The notes under the pieces were generated by a model. That model had not been told where the DNA came from and ran no database searches. It saw only the letters and a list, made by a program, of their open reading frames with translations. From Felis catus (taxonomy: Eukaryota), in assembly GCF_018350175.1 (NCBI RefSeq), contig NC_058369.1:496001-560000 (forward strand): a stretch of DNA of 64,000 nucleotides, written 5' to 3'. A program made the position numbers and the translations under genes. Positions 36,901 through 55,014 of this stretch are shown in pieces; the first letter of the stretch is position 1; each line of letters opens with the position of its first letter.

Positions 36901-39900
36901 AGCTGTAGAGGCCACTGGACTTAGTTCACTAAATCCTACTGCTACCTTCCCGTCACCGCTGGGCTGTTGGTGTTTCAGACACCAGCGCTGTGACACCTCG
37001 CGTCCATGTCTCGGACCTGCGACCGGACACGTATCTCTGACGGGTGCCCACAGCGGGACGGCTGGGGGAGGGTGTGAACGTGTGAGCCTCTCCTGAGCTC
37101 CCTCTGCTTCCCTCCTCGAAACACTTGTTTCCTGCCCTTTGCTCATTTTGGGCTGGATGATGCCTTCTTTCTTTCTTACTGATTTGTCAGAGCTCTTGTA
37201 CTAGAGATCTCAGCCCTTGCTGATGTGAGTTACGGACCCCGCCCCCCCCCCCCCCCCCCCCCGCCCGGTTTATCGTCTTTGACTCTTGACTCTACCTTTG
37301 GCCTGTTTTGCCAGCCAGAAGCCTGAGCGTGTCAGCGGTGGCCTTTTCTTGTGTGGTTTCTGGGTCTGTGTCCCGTGTTCAAGGCCTTCCCACAGCGAAA
37401 TGGTTTTCAGACCCTCTCCACGTTTCCCCTGGTATTTGCACAAGCTAGTTTCTGTACGTTTAAGCCTCTGACAGCGCAGGCTGGGGCGTGGCCCCCAGAA
37501 GACTCGCCATGTTTCTGACCAACCCTCAGGGCGCCCGGCTTCCTGCCGGGGCGGCTTTACACCTCTCCTGCGAAAGAGGGGAAGTGAGAGACGGGAGGGT
37601 GGCCACCACTCTGGCGGGGGCGGGTGGAGGTCTCAGCTGCGGGGGCTGTGATGTGGGCACACCGGACGCCCGTTCCTCCCAGGGTCCGTAGGCAGGCGTC
37701 CCCTCCTGTTCTCCTGTCCACTCTTGGGTAGGGCCTCTGTCTGCCCCGCGGGGCCGTGGGCACAAGATGTGTGGGTGGCTGATGGGGGTGGTTGGGGACA
37801 GGGGCCGGGAGGCGGAGCTCAGCCGGAGCCCGGCTCTGGACTGGCGCCCTCACCCTCCTGCCCGCAGCAAGAGGCCGAGTCCAACCTTCGCAAGGCCAAG
37901 CAGGGCTACGGGCAGCGCTGTGAGGACCACAGCAAGGCCCGCTTCCTGGCTGCCAAGGCCGAGGAGGAGCAGGCAGGCACGGGGCCCGGGGCCGCGGCCT
38001 CCAAGACCCTGGACAAGCGGAGGCGTCTGGAGGAGGAGGCCAAGAACAAGGTGAGCGCAGACAAGGAGGAGACCCTGGCGGCAGAACCCCGCGGCGCCGG
38101 CCCAGGCTGCGTGTCCCGTGGGAACGCGTCCCAGTCCGTTCTGCCGCCTCGGTTCCTGCGGCCGGCCTGGCGACGTCCCGGGGGCCGAGGCCGGGCTGAG
38201 GCATCTCTGGGCACCGCTCTGCCCCCGTGCAGGCGGAGGAGGCCATGGCCACTTACCGCACGTGTGTGGCCGATGCCAAGACGCAGAAGCAGGAGCTGGA
38301 GGACGCCAAGGTGACGGTGCTGCGGCAGATCCAGGAGGTCATTCGGCAGAGCGACCAGACCATCAAGTCGGTGCGGCCCCGCGCTCTGGCCACGGGGGGC
38401 AGGGGGGCCCTGGGCCCGGTCGGTGCGGCTTACCCACCCGCCCGCCCGCCCGCCCGCAGGCCACCATCTCCTACTACCAGATGATGCACATGCAGACGGC
38501 CCCGCTGCCCGTGCACTTCCAGATGCTGTGCGAGAGCAGCAAGCTGTACGACCCCGGCCAGCAGTACGCCTCCCACGTGTGCCAGCTGCAGCGGGGCGAT
38601 GAGCCGGACGTGCGCTACGACTTCGAGCCCTACGTCTCCACCAACACCTGGTACGGCCAGCGGCACGGGCCCTGCGGGGACCGGGCTTCCCGCCTGCAGT
38701 GCCTCCGTGACCCCCCGTCCCGTCCCGTCCCCTCCCTCTGGCTCGGTCCACCAGGTCTCCGGTCATGCGCACCCGGAAGGGTAGCCTCAACGTCAGCGAC
38801 GCCGTGGGGACAGAGGCCGCTGGCGGTCCCGAGGAGGAAAGCGGGCCCACCGAGGGGGCGCTGGCCAAGGACCGCAGGGGTGAGCGCCTGGCGCAGTGCG
38901 GGGTGGGTGTGGCTTCCCCGCGGCCCCCACTGGAGACGCCTCCTTCTGCAGGTGGGCGTGGCCACCAGGTGCACAAGTCGTGGCCCAGCAGCACCGCGGA
39001 CTCCGACGGCAGCCTGGACCCCGGCCCTGGCTCAGGTGAGGAGGCCCCCGCCTGCCGGGCGTCTGGGGCAGCCGGGGGGGGGCGGTGATGGGACGCTGTG
39101 GCGGCCGTGAGCCCTCTGGGGAGGGTCCCTCGTGGCTCGGGGTGCCTGACGCCGGTCTCCCGTGCAGGGGACTTCAAGAAGCTGCAGCGGATGTCGTCCG
39201 GCGAGGAGCTGGCGGACCAGGACGGCAGCGCAGAGTCATCAGCCTTCGAGCAGGGTGAGGGGCCCCCGCGCCCGGTGTCAGGGGGAGGCCAGTGGGCCCG
39301 GTGCTGGCCTGCGGCCGCGAGGCTCACTGCTCGCCCCGCCCCGCAGCCGACCTCAACGGCATGGCCCCCGAGCTGCCGGTGGCCGTGCCCAGCGGGCCCT
39401 TCCGCCACGTGGGGCTGTCCAAGGCGGCGCGAACGCACCGGCTGCGGAAGCTGCGCACGCCAGCCAAGTGCAGGGAGTGCAACAGCTACGTCTACTTCCA
39501 GGGCGCTGAGTGCGAGGAGGTGGGTCGAGCTCGGGGGACGGCTGGGGCTACGTGCCGGGGGGGGGGGGGGGGTCCGCTCAGCCGGGAACAGAGGGGAGCA
39601 TCTGGAGACCGGAGGGCCCCGGGGGAGTGCCCAAGGCCCGGAGGCAGGACCGCCGGGCTGCGGGCAGGAAAAGCGAGGCGTCTGGAAGGAAGGAGCTGGG
39701 GTGGCAGGCACCCGCCTAGGCAGGCGTGTCCCCCAGCCGAGGAGACAGAGTGAGCCGGGAGCGGTGGCGCTTCTGGAGACGCCACGAGGGAGTGAGGCTC
39801 AGGAGGGCGCTGGGGGGGGGGTCGCTGAGCCGCCGCCCGCCGCAGTGCTGCCTGGCCTGCCACAAGAAGTGCCTGGAGACGCTGGCCATCCAGTGCGGCC

Positions 39901-41071
39901 ACAAGAAGCTCCAAGGCCGCCTGCAGCTCTTCGGCCAGGACTTCGGCCAGGCGGCCCGTGGCACGCCCGACGGCGTGCCCTTCATCGTCAAGAAGTGCAT
40001 CTGTGAGATCGAGCGGCGGGCGCTGCACACCAAGGTGACCAGCCCCCGGGCAGCAGCGGGGGGTTCGTCCCGGGGGGGGGGCGGTGGCGCGGCGGGCGGG
40101 GGCCGTACTGACCGCGGCCCCCACAGGGCATCTACCGTGTCAACGGGGTGAAAACGCGCGTGGAGAAGCTGTGCCAGGACTTCGAGAACGGCAAGGAGCT
40201 GGTGGAACTGTCCCAGGCCTCGCCCCACGACGTCAGCAACGTCCTCAAACTCTACCTGCGCCAGGTGGGGCCGAGCGCCCGCTGAGCCGGGACCGGGGGC
40301 GGGCGGGGGAGTACTGCCGGGCTGGGGGCCTCTGACCCCGTCCGACCCGTCACCCACAGCTGCCCGAACCGCTCATCTCCTTCCGCCTCTACCACGAGCT
40401 CGTGGGGCTGGCCAAGGACAGTCTGAAGGCGGAGGCCGAGGCCAAGGCGGCGTCACGGGGCCGGTCCGACGCCGCCGAGAGCGAGGCTGCAGCCGTGGCC
40501 ATGGCGGGCCGGCTGCGGGAGCGCCTGCAGGGCCTGCCGCCCGAGAACAGGGCCACGCTGCGGTACCTGCTGAGACACCTGCGCAGGTGAGGGCCGGCCT
40601 GGCAGGGGTCTGGGTTGTGGGGGGCCTGGGGGAGCCATTCACACCTGCTCCCGCGCCCGCGCGGCCCCCAGGATCGTGGAGGTGGAGCAGGACAACAAGA
40701 TGACCCCGGGGAACCTGGGCATCGTGTTTGGACCCACGCTGCTGCGGCCAAGGCCCACCGAGGCCACCGTGTCCCTGTCCTCCCTGGTGGACTACCCCCA
40801 CCAGGCCCGCATCGTGGAGACCCTCATCGCCCACTACGACCTGGTCTTCGAGGAGGAGCCCGAGGTGCCTGGGGGCTGGGGGAGGGTGTTGGCAGACTGC
40901 AGGGCTGCCCGCTCTGAGCAGGGGGCCGAGCCGGAGACAGAATGACTGACATGCTTGCTTTGGGCCGGGTGGTCAGAAGTGGCCTGGGAGGCATCTTTTA
41001 AGCAAAGAATTGATGGAGGAAGGGCTCGACCCTTGAGGGAGAGCCACTGTTGGTGCAAAGGCCCTGTGGCC

Positions 41072-41103
<32 letters not shown>

Positions 41104-42316
41104 GCCTCCGGAGCCCACCTCGGACCTCGCGTTCGGCCCGGCCCCGTGGGTCTCCCGACTCCGTGCCGCTACAGCACGTCCTCACGCTCGCGTGCTGCCC
41201 AGCTGGGTCCAACCTGCCAGCTCACCTGGCTGCTGGGTTTCAATCTCGTGCCACCGTCCTCCTGTCTGCCGGCCCCGTCCGCTCTGTTCTCGAGCCTCGT
41301 GCTCCTGTGCTCCCGTCCCCGCGGAAGGCCCTCTTCCAGGGGGTGTGTGTTCGGGGCGGCAGGGCACACTGGCGTCCACACGGGACCTCGGCCTTGCCGC
41401 CCGCGGCCTTCTGCCCCACGTGGGCGAGTCGCAGCTGCTTAGCGACACCGGGCACAGTGGCATCAGGCCATCCGCGCGCCGGGTGTTTAGTTAACCAGAC
41501 GGAGAACAGAGCCTGGGAGGGGCCGGAATCCCGGACCCCGGCTGACCACATTCTGCCGCCCACAGGAGGACGTGGATGACCGGCGGGCTGAGGATGGGGT
41601 GCAGGCGCCGTGCCCGGAGGCGGGTGCAGGGGCTGCCCTCCCGCTGCGGGAGGAGGCTGCAGACGGGGGTCCAGGTGAGCGGGGCAGCCTGGGTGCCCGC
41701 TGGCAGACCGTGCGGTGTCAGGGGGCCACATGCCCCATGGGCAGGGACATCTCCTATATCAACTGTTAATTTGTTGCCAATACCAGCAAAGAGAAGCCTT
41801 TTTGCGGCATTCTGTAGACACCGACGCGGGTGCCCTGGGCCTTGAGCCCGCACCTCGGCCTGCGGGTGGGTAGTCCCAGGGCGGGGAGCGGGCCAGGCGA
41901 GAGGACGGCAGGTCAGGCGGTGGACCCCAGGTCCCTCCTGGTCACGGCGCAACTGGCCTCTCTGCCCCCACCCCACCTTCCTTGGCTTCGCAGAATCCCA
42001 AGTGGCCTCCAACGACTCCGACTCCGAGGGGGAGGAGGCCTCGGAGTTGCCGTCCCCGGCGGGCAGGGGCGCGTGCCGCCTCAGCTTCCTGGAGAAGCAG
42101 GGCAGCGAGGCCAGCGTGGAGGAGGCCCAGGGCAGCGGCAGCGGCAGCGAGGAGCAGCTGGGGGCCGGGGCCGGAGAGGGCCTGGCAGAGCAGCTTTCCG
42201 AGTTCAACACCAATCAGTGCAACAACGTGGCCGAGGTCGGACTGCCCGTCACGTGGCTCCACGGTGGGCAGCTCGCAGCGGGCACCGGCCACGAGAGGCA
42301 GCCCGAGTTTGTGTAG
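30975..42316 (+). CDS. ARHGAP45: Rho GTPase-activating protein 45 (HMHA1): F-BAR, C1 and RhoGAP domains, 23 exons
   Basis: Exons 30975-31064, 31973-32300, 34820-34963, 35185-35269, 35358-35430, 35532-35595, 35681-35818, 35901-35965, 36124-36234, 36320-36400, 37868-38050, 38233-38370, 38460-38650, 38755-38879, 38952-39035, 39168-39254, 39347-39519, 39846-40034, 40127-40264, 40360-40586, 40672-40864 (donor uncertain), 41566-41674, 41994-42316; MFSRKKRELMKTPS...GIYRVNG...RQPEFV*; AATAAA 42822-42827. Confidence 0.96.
33829..34150. mobile_element. Nested carnivore SINEs in ARHGAP45 intron 2
   Basis: + SINE head at ~33829 split by a - SINE (~33865-34066), resuming CTCTTGATCTTGGGGTTGTGAGTTCGAG. Confidence 0.75.
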
Positions 42317-43660
42317 CTGGGGCGCGGGGCACGCCGTGTGTTCCCGGCTCCCATCCCTGCGGGTGTCCAGTCACCGGGAGGCCACGGGAGGCCTCTTCCT
42401 TCAAGCCCATACCGGTGAGGGCATTGCCGGCTGCCTCTTCCAGAAGCTTCCGGGGCACTGGGTGAGGCCGAAGCCCGCTCCGTCTGCCTGTGTGCCCTGG
42501 CGACCCGACCCAGCCACGCTGGGAGATCCCGCTGTCCAGTCGTCTGGGGACCGACTGTGTGCTCAGAGAAGCCTCGGACGTCCCTGCCGCGTGGCCCTGC
42601 CCCCGGGGCCAGCGGCCCTGTGGGCCTACAAGCTCTGCCTTGACCTCTCACCGCTGGGCCACCACCGAAGGCCACTCTGAAAGCCAGACAGCAGCGGCCA
42701 GTGGCAGCACCACGCCCCTGCTTTCCTGGAAAACCGAGTCGGACGCTTGGGGTTTAGGCGCGTGGTGAGCTCCATGTTGGTCACGATGTACGTCTTTCAC
42801 ATGCACATTTACTCTGCTTAAAATAAAGTTTAAAATCCGAGCCTATCTTCTCTGGTGGTGGCAGGCTGGGGGTAGGGACACAGAGGACACAGAAGTTCCA
42901 CTGTAGCTGTGTGAGCTCCAGTGGCCTTTGAGACCAGCTGTGCAGACACAACCTCAAACCACCACTTCGTAGAAACTTTTAGCCCAGCACCGTTCGGCAG
43001 AACCTTCCAGATGAAAGAAATGCTGTCCGTTCACCGTCCAGTGTGGCAGCCACCAGCCCTGGAAACGGGGCCAGTGTGCCTGAGGACCAGGTTTAAATCC
43101 TGTGGCCACCTTCGGAGACGGCACTGTGAACCCTCGGCCTGGAGCAGAAGAGGACCCCTGCCCCCAATTCCTGTTACTGACCCCCCACCCAGCTCAGAGA
43201 CCACCCCCCAAGCTGGGTTTATGCCGGAGGGCCGAGGACGGTTGGGCACTGGGAAGATCCAACTCTTCGTATGCAGCGGAAAAGCAGACGGAACTCGCGC
43301 CCATCAAGACACACAAGTGGCAGGAGGGGCCTTCCCCTCCTGACACAGAGCAGCCCCCCGGAACCTGCCGCGCACCCCAGGCTGAGAAAGCAGCAGCGGT
43401 GCCGGTCAGAATGCTCTGCAACAGCTTGCCTGGCCCTCCCCGGCAGCAGCTAAGAAAGATCTGGAAAAGGAGATCACCGAGCCGGCAAACAGCCCAACGC
43501 GGAACTGCACGCAGCCCAACCTCGTCACGCGCTGCCCACGTCCCCGCAGAGCCGAGTCAGCACCCAGGGGCCGTCTGGCCCGGGGCCGAGAATACCTATG
43601 GTCTGGCTCTTCACGGAAAGAGCACGCCCACCCGATATATGCTTTGAGAGGGTCAGAAGA

Positions 43661-43786
43661 GGGGCGCCTGGCTGGCTCAGCTGGTTAAGCGTCTGACTCT
43701 TGATTTCGGCTTAGGTCACGATCTCAGTTTGTGAGACTGAGCCCTGCGTTGGGCTCTGTGCTGACAGTGTGGAGCCTGCTTGGGAT

Positions 43787-43817
<31 letters not shown>

Positions 43818-44010
43818 GCCTCTTCCCTGCCTGCTCTCTCAAAATAAACTTTAAACTCTTGATTTCTGCTCAGGTCATGATCTCCTGGTTCATGGGATCG
43901 AGCACCACGTCAGGCTCTACGCTGACAGGGTCTGCTTGGGATTCTCTCTCCCCCTCTCTGCCCCTCCCAGCTCGGGGGCTCTCTCTCAAAATAAGCAAAT
44001 TAAAAAAAAA
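43661..44010 (+). mobile_element. Tandem carnivore SINEs
   Basis: GGGGCGCCTGGCTGGCTCAG head; two (CT)n and AAAATAAA tails. Confidence 0.9.
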
Positions 44011-44659
44011 TTTTTTTTTGAAGCTCAGATAAAACCATTTAACTGTATTCCGTGTTCAGCCAGACGGCAGCTTTCCACTTACGGGCATTATTCAAACAGC
44101 AAGGGTCATGAAAAGCCTCCCCCTGAAGTCTGGCCAGGCCTGTAAACGAAGGCCTCTGGATGCTGTTCATGAGGTGCCTGGTAATTTACTGGTTTGGGGC
44201 CAGCTTCAGGCCAGGCTTGACCCAGCTCACAGCATGTCACAGGGGCCTGGGGCCATGTGAACGCTGGGGCCCCCCCTCCTCAATCCACCCGTATCCAAGG
44301 AGGGGGCACCTCTTCCATGAGGCCTGAGGCAGGTGTCTGAGCAACAGCCCAACCTGAACCAACCTTAGGGAGGTTATACTCAACGGCACAGGCAGGATCT
44401 GGTCCCCGAAAGGGATGAATTCTCAAAGGAAGGCCAGGTGCTGCTGGAAGGAGGGCACGGAGATTGAGGCAACAAAAAACCCCCTGCACCAGGAGGGACA
44501 GGAACGTCCACGGCCTCTATGCCCGAAACTCTGCCGACTTCGAACGGAGCTTCAAAGCTGTTCAAAGTCCTTCGTGTGCAGATGGGCCAGAGGTTTGCAC
44601 CCGGCTTCAGAGACCAAGCAAACTCAACCAAAGGCAAAAGGATTTTTTACACATTCGTT

Positions 44660-44822
44660 TTAAGTTCATTTACTTCGAGAAAGCGTGGCATGAGCAGGGG
44701 AGGGGCAAACAGAGAGAAACAATCCCACAGTGCAGAGCCCGATTCTCCCGGGACCGTGAGACCGTGACCTGAGCCGAAATCAAGAGTCGGACACTTAACC
44801 GACGGAGCCCCCCAGGCACCCC
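44660..44822 (-). mobile_element. Carnivore SINE
   Basis: Ends ...CTTAACCGACGGAGCCCCCCAGGCACCCC (reverse complement of SINE head). Confidence 0.8.
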
Positions 44823-45019
44823 TGTTCCTGTACGAAGTCCATATTCAAGAACAGCCAAGAGCCACGTTAATTTCAGGTGCACAAGCAGTGACACCCTGTC
44901 AGCTACACCTCAGTAACTAGCTGTGCTCCCCCCCAAACAAAACACACAAACTAAGTATCGATAAACCGAAACAAAACACAAAACCCCACTGTGGGGGGAA
45001 GGACACAATAACCAAGTCG

Positions 45020-45300
45020 TTTTTTGTTTTTTTCACTGTGGTTAAAACGTACGGAATACGTACGACATCTAAGTGCACAGCTCACGGGCGGCAAGCACAC
45101 TCACACGGTCATGCAGCCACCCCCTCCATCTGTCTCTAGAACTTTCCATCTCCCGAAACTGAGACTCTGTCCCCACGAAGCACTGACTCCCCGCCCCTCA
45201 CCACACCCCCCACTCCCACCATCTACTGTCTCTGTGGACGGGACCCCCCGTGAGTGGAGTCACATGGGATGTGACCTTCTGCGTCTGGCTTCCCTTGGCA
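45020..45300 (-). mobile_element. Old L1 3'-end fragment
   Basis: CTAGAACTTTCCATC...AAACTGAGACTCTGTCCCCA...GTGGAGTCAC...CTTCTGCGTCTGGCTT. Confidence 0.6.
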
Positions 45301-45399
45301 AACAACGTATGGACGTTTGGAGGCACAGGGGAGACGTGTACCACCGTTAGACAGGCTACAAAGCTGTCACTTGGAAAACCAGGCTTGATCCACAGACAA

Positions 45400-46500
45400 G
45401 AGGAGCTTGAAACAGACCCACGTCCACCTGGGAATCCAGAGGAGTGTGGCAATTCGGGCAGTAACGACCCGCTAGGCATTCACAGTATCAAGAGCACCAT
45501 CCGTCCCAGGGAGAAAAGATACATCCCCAAGTCATACCAAGCCCAGGAGCAAATCCCAGAAGTCAAGGCCACGTGTAAACATACCAACGTTAAGAACAGC
45601 CGTTTGCAAAAACAAAAAACGGAAAAAGCTCTCGCAAACTGCGTAACTGACCAGGGACTTGTGTGTGTTAAGCGTATATAACACACCTGCACACGGGAAC
45701 CAACAGCACCTGCAGCCTGGTTGGACAGACAGACAGACAGCCCGCCCGATCCTGCCACGGACGAAGGATCTGAACAGACCTCCCTCCAAAGATGACGCTG
45801 AAGTGGCCAGTAAGCACACAAACGCTGCTCAGCGTGGCCAGGCGTCAGGGAGAAGCAGCCCGGGCGACGGCGAGGATGCGGCCCGCCCCGCCAGGAGAGC
45901 CGCAGAGGGCAGGGGTGTGTGGACGAGACGTGGGGCGGCTGCGGTGCTGACCGCCGGGCGGTTGCTCCAACGGACAACCAGCCTCCAGGCGACCCGGCAA
46001 TTCTACTCCCAGATACACGCCCGAGAAAAATGAAAACACACGTCCACGCGAAACTCGTGGTGAATGCCCACAGCAACATTATTCGTAACTGCCAAAACGT
46101 GGAAGAACTCGCTGTCCAATGGTGGGCAAATGGATACACACGTGTCCACGGCACACGCGCACATCCCTCGACCGCGAGGAGGAGCGAGGCACCCACCCCC
46201 GCCGCCCCGCGGACGGACCCCGAACGCACGACGCTCAGGGAGGGAACCAGACACGAGAGGCCACGCGAGGTGTGAGTCCACGTGCGTGAAACGTCCAGAA
46301 CGGGCTCATCCACGGACGGGAAGGAGGCTCGTGGGGGGCCGGGGAGGTGGTGGGGAGGAATGAGTGGTGATGGGGACGGGGTTTCCTCTGGGGTGACGAG
46401 TTCTAACACTGACAACACTAAGAGCCACTGAACGGTGGGCTGCGATGGGCGACTTGTGTGGCACGTAAGTTATACCCCGATAAAGCAGTTATGAACACAG
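45400..46500 (+). mobile_element. Degenerate L1 (ORF2 end and 3' UTR)
   Basis: GACCCGGCAATTCTACTCC, GAAAACACACGTCCAC, GAAACGTCCAGAA, TATACCCCGATAAAGC terminus. Confidence 0.7.
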
Positions 46501-47439
46501 AAAGAAAAGCAAACCTGGGGAAGACTTCCTGAAATCAGACGGTGACGGGAGGACGCTGGGTGATCCCACCGCAAACTTCCGCGTGAGAAAAGCAGCAGGA
46601 AACCAAGTCGAAGCAACACGGCAGCACTGCCTGCCTCGCGCACGTGGACAGGGCCCGGTGGCCGCCGTCCACGCCCCCTGCAGGCTCGGTACAGGGACGA
46701 GAGAGGACGGCCACCCTCCGGGCCAGCAGGCGCCACAGAACAAGGGGGCGGAGCCCCCCGGCGGGGCCTAGGGCCTACAGCCTCGAGCAAGGCCACTCGT
46801 CGCAAACGGTCGTTCTGACTTCCAGACAGGCCGCTTTATTTACTCCAATACTTTTAATTCTTCAAAACACCCGGCAGCAAGCAGCAACTCGCTCTCTGCC
46901 GCCACGGGCGCGGCTCACAGATGTCCCCGGGGCCACCCTATAGGACACGGCGACAGCAAGGCGCTGGGGGCCAGAGACTTGGACCCAGGACTGCAGTTTG
47001 TCACCGGGCGCCGGAGGGCCTCCCTGCGCCATCCCGTTCGCTCCGGAGGCGCCCTCACGCGGGGTCCAGGTGAGGCCACACACAGACCTTCAGCCCAGGG
47101 GTGTGGAGAAGCAGCAGTGGGGAGGTTCCTGGGGTGACTGTTCCCACAGGGTGGGCTGGCTGCCGCCCTCAGCCTGGGTGAGGGACTCCGGGCCGCTGGA
47201 CGAGAGGAAGGACGAAGGCGTGTTAGTCGGTCCCGCGAGCCTGAGCCAGCTGCCTCCAAGCCCGGCGACAAGTGGACGACACACGAAGGACCGCGGGCAG
47301 CGGGGAGAAGGGGCTCTCCGGCCACAACCCGGTGGGCGGGAACGGTGCGCTCCCTCCCGGGCCGGAGACGGACAGGCCCTCCCGCTCAGCCCCCCCCTCC
47401 CCCCCCCCAGAGGTGCCATCTCACCTGCGAGCAGGGCGG

Positions 47440-52520
<5,081 letters not shown>

Positions 52521-53512
52521 CGAGCTACGGGAGGGGAAACTGAGGCCGGACGGAGGCAGCGGTCTCCTCGCTTCCCAGAGAGGGCCGGGCAACTTTGTAG
52601 GCCCTTTGTAAATATGCATCCAGGTGCTGCGGGCCGCGTCCAACTTAATGCCCATGAGCCTTGGTGTTCCCTTCTGTGCAATGGAAATAAAGTGTCCCCG
52701 TTTTAGAGGGTTAGGTGAGAGTCTAAAGGGACGGCTGTGCTTGGGAGGAGCCTGGCATAGCTCCTGGGCTCATGAGGTGCTCCCACCTGTGTCTCCCCGC
52801 AACCCCCACTGCGCATCCAACCCTGCCCCCAGCTCAGCACTCGCCCCATTGGAGGCCCATCAGGAGCTTCTCATTGAGCGATACGTTCACAGAGACAGAC
52901 ATTCCAGGGAGACACAGGACAGAAATGGGGAGCACGACAGACGATAATGTTACAAGGTGACAATGCTATGGAAGAGAAGGTAGACCACGCTAAGCAACGT
53001 GGGAGACTTTCAGTTTCAAATGGGGAGGAGGTCAGGGAAGGCAAGGAGCGAGAGAGACTCTGGCAAAAGCCCAAAGAGAAGGAGGAAGCTGTGGGAATGT
53101 CTATAGAAAGGTCTATCAAAAGGTACAGTGTGTGCAAAGGCCCTGAGGCTGCACTTTGCCTGGTGAGTTGGCAGCAAGGAGGCCTGTGGGGGGAGGGGAG
53201 GACAGAAGGTTGAAGAGTACAGTGAGGCAAACCCTGGGAGGCCTTGTTGCTTGGGTTGAAAAGCTTGGGTTAACTTTGTCAGTCACTCTCAGTGTTTGAG
53301 CAGGGAGACCAAGGAGGGGTGGAGAGGATGACCTGGGCAGAGCAGTGGGCAGAGTCCTGGTATTCTGAAGGTGGAGCCCACAGATTAGCAGATGGACGGG
53401 ACACGGAGAAGAGAGAGACAGAGAGGGAAGAGGGAGAACAGAGCAGCCCTGACTGGGGCCAACAGGCCAGGGAGAGACAGGTGTGGGTGACAGATTAGAA
53501 AGGGGCTCTGGA

Positions 53513-53850
53513 GGGGCGCCTGGGTGGCCCAGTCGGTTGAGCGTGTGACTTCAGCTCAGGTCATGATCTTGCGGTTTGTGGGTTCGGGCCCCGTGTCGGG
53601 CTCTGTGCTGACAGCTCGGAGCCCGGAACCTGCTTCAGATTCTGTGTCTCCCTCTCTCTCTGCCCCTCCCCTGTTCATGCTCTGTCTCTCTCTGTCTCCC
53701 AAAAATAAATTTAAAAATTAAAAAATTAAAAAAAAAAAAGAAAGGGGCTCTGGGGGCACCTGGCTGGCTCAGGGGTGGAGGAGAAGTTCAAGCTCCACAT
53801 TGGGCATAGAGATTACTTAAAAAATAAGAATAAAGAAAAAAGAAAGAAAA
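53513..53850 (+). mobile_element. Full carnivore SINE with target-site duplication, then a partial SINE
   Basis: AGAAAGGGGCTCTGG duplicated at ~53497 and ~53739; A-rich tail. Confidence 0.92.
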
Positions 53851-55014
53851 GAAAGAAGAAATGATCTCCTTGCGGCCCAAGGAGAGAGATCAAGGAGACC
53901 TTGGGATATGAGTGGAATCCAGGGCAAAGTCCAAGGTTGGGAGGCGGGGGTGGGGGGGGTGGTGCAGCAGACTTGTGGGAGTCAATGGAGATCGGAGGCT
54001 GGGCGCGGTCACCAAACAGATCCGAGACCAGGACTGGAGCCTTGCCAAGATGCGGAGGCCGAGGAGAGGGAAGCAGCAGCCGAAGGGCACAGAGCGGGAC
54101 ACAGATCCTGAAGCAGTGGCCTGGCCTCCAGTCCTGGCTGTGTGAACCGAGGCACATCCCTTAACAATTTTGTACCTAAATGCCTCCCTTCCCCCTAGCC
54201 TCGTAGAACAGGGACAAAAACAGCACCCACTTCTCAGGGCGCTTGGCTAATGATGGCAGTGCCTGGCACCAGCAGTGTTACATGAGTGCTCCTTAGTAGA
54301 ATAAAGGGCGGTAGGAGGTTGCCAGGTGCCCTGGAACCAGGTGAAGAAAGCGTCCGGAGGAGGAGGAGGGAGAGAGCAACCATCAAAGCCACGAAACAGC
54401 AGTTTGAGTCTGAGCAGATGTGAAGGTTGGACGGGAGCTTGGTGACCCCAAGGAGGGCAGATGAGGAGGGGGCCTGGCCAGGGTGGGATGGATGAGAGGA
54501 AAGGAGCCGGAGGGAGATGTGGACGTGAATGCCAAGGGGAGGGGGGCCAAAGGTGGAGGGAGAGGGAGCGAGGAGCGGTTTTAAGATGGGAGAAATGGCA
54601 TCTGTCTAGGTTGCTGGCGTGAAGGCAGATCTGGCAAGGGGAGAAGGCAGGACTGTTGGAACCTGGGGGCGGGGGGAGGCCGGCTCCAAGGAAAGGTGGC
54701 CCGGATAGTACCCCAAGAGGGCCCAGGCATGGGTGGCAGGTGAATACAGTAGTGAGTGTGTAGATGTTAGGTAGTCTTGCTGTTCCACAGGGCACAGAAG
54801 AGACAGGAGAAAGGGCTCACGGGGCCAGGGGGGCCTCAGGACCCCAGAGAGGCTGCCGAGGCCTGAGCATCATTCTGATGATTCAGAGTCCAGTGACTGT
54901 GCCCTCAGCGCCAGGACACAGAGACACAGAGTGGCAAGCTGCTCCTTCGCACCTCTCGCCATGCTGCATCACATGGGCGAGGCTGAGTCCAGAACTCTGG
55001 CCGCCATCCACACG

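Noticed and set aside
37906-39711. 601-aa minus-strand ORF and other long Pro/Gly/Arg/Ala-rich ORFs (17754-18773, 28599-29753, 30767-31951, 61826-63220)
   Set aside because: Expected in very GC-rich DNA with few stops; they overlap real spliced genes antisense or out of frame and show no recognisable domain
41074-41103. Long poly-C/poly-G runs (also ~11757, ~37240) giving poly-Pro/Gly ORFs
   Set aside because: Intronic homopolymers of unreliable length; no coding support
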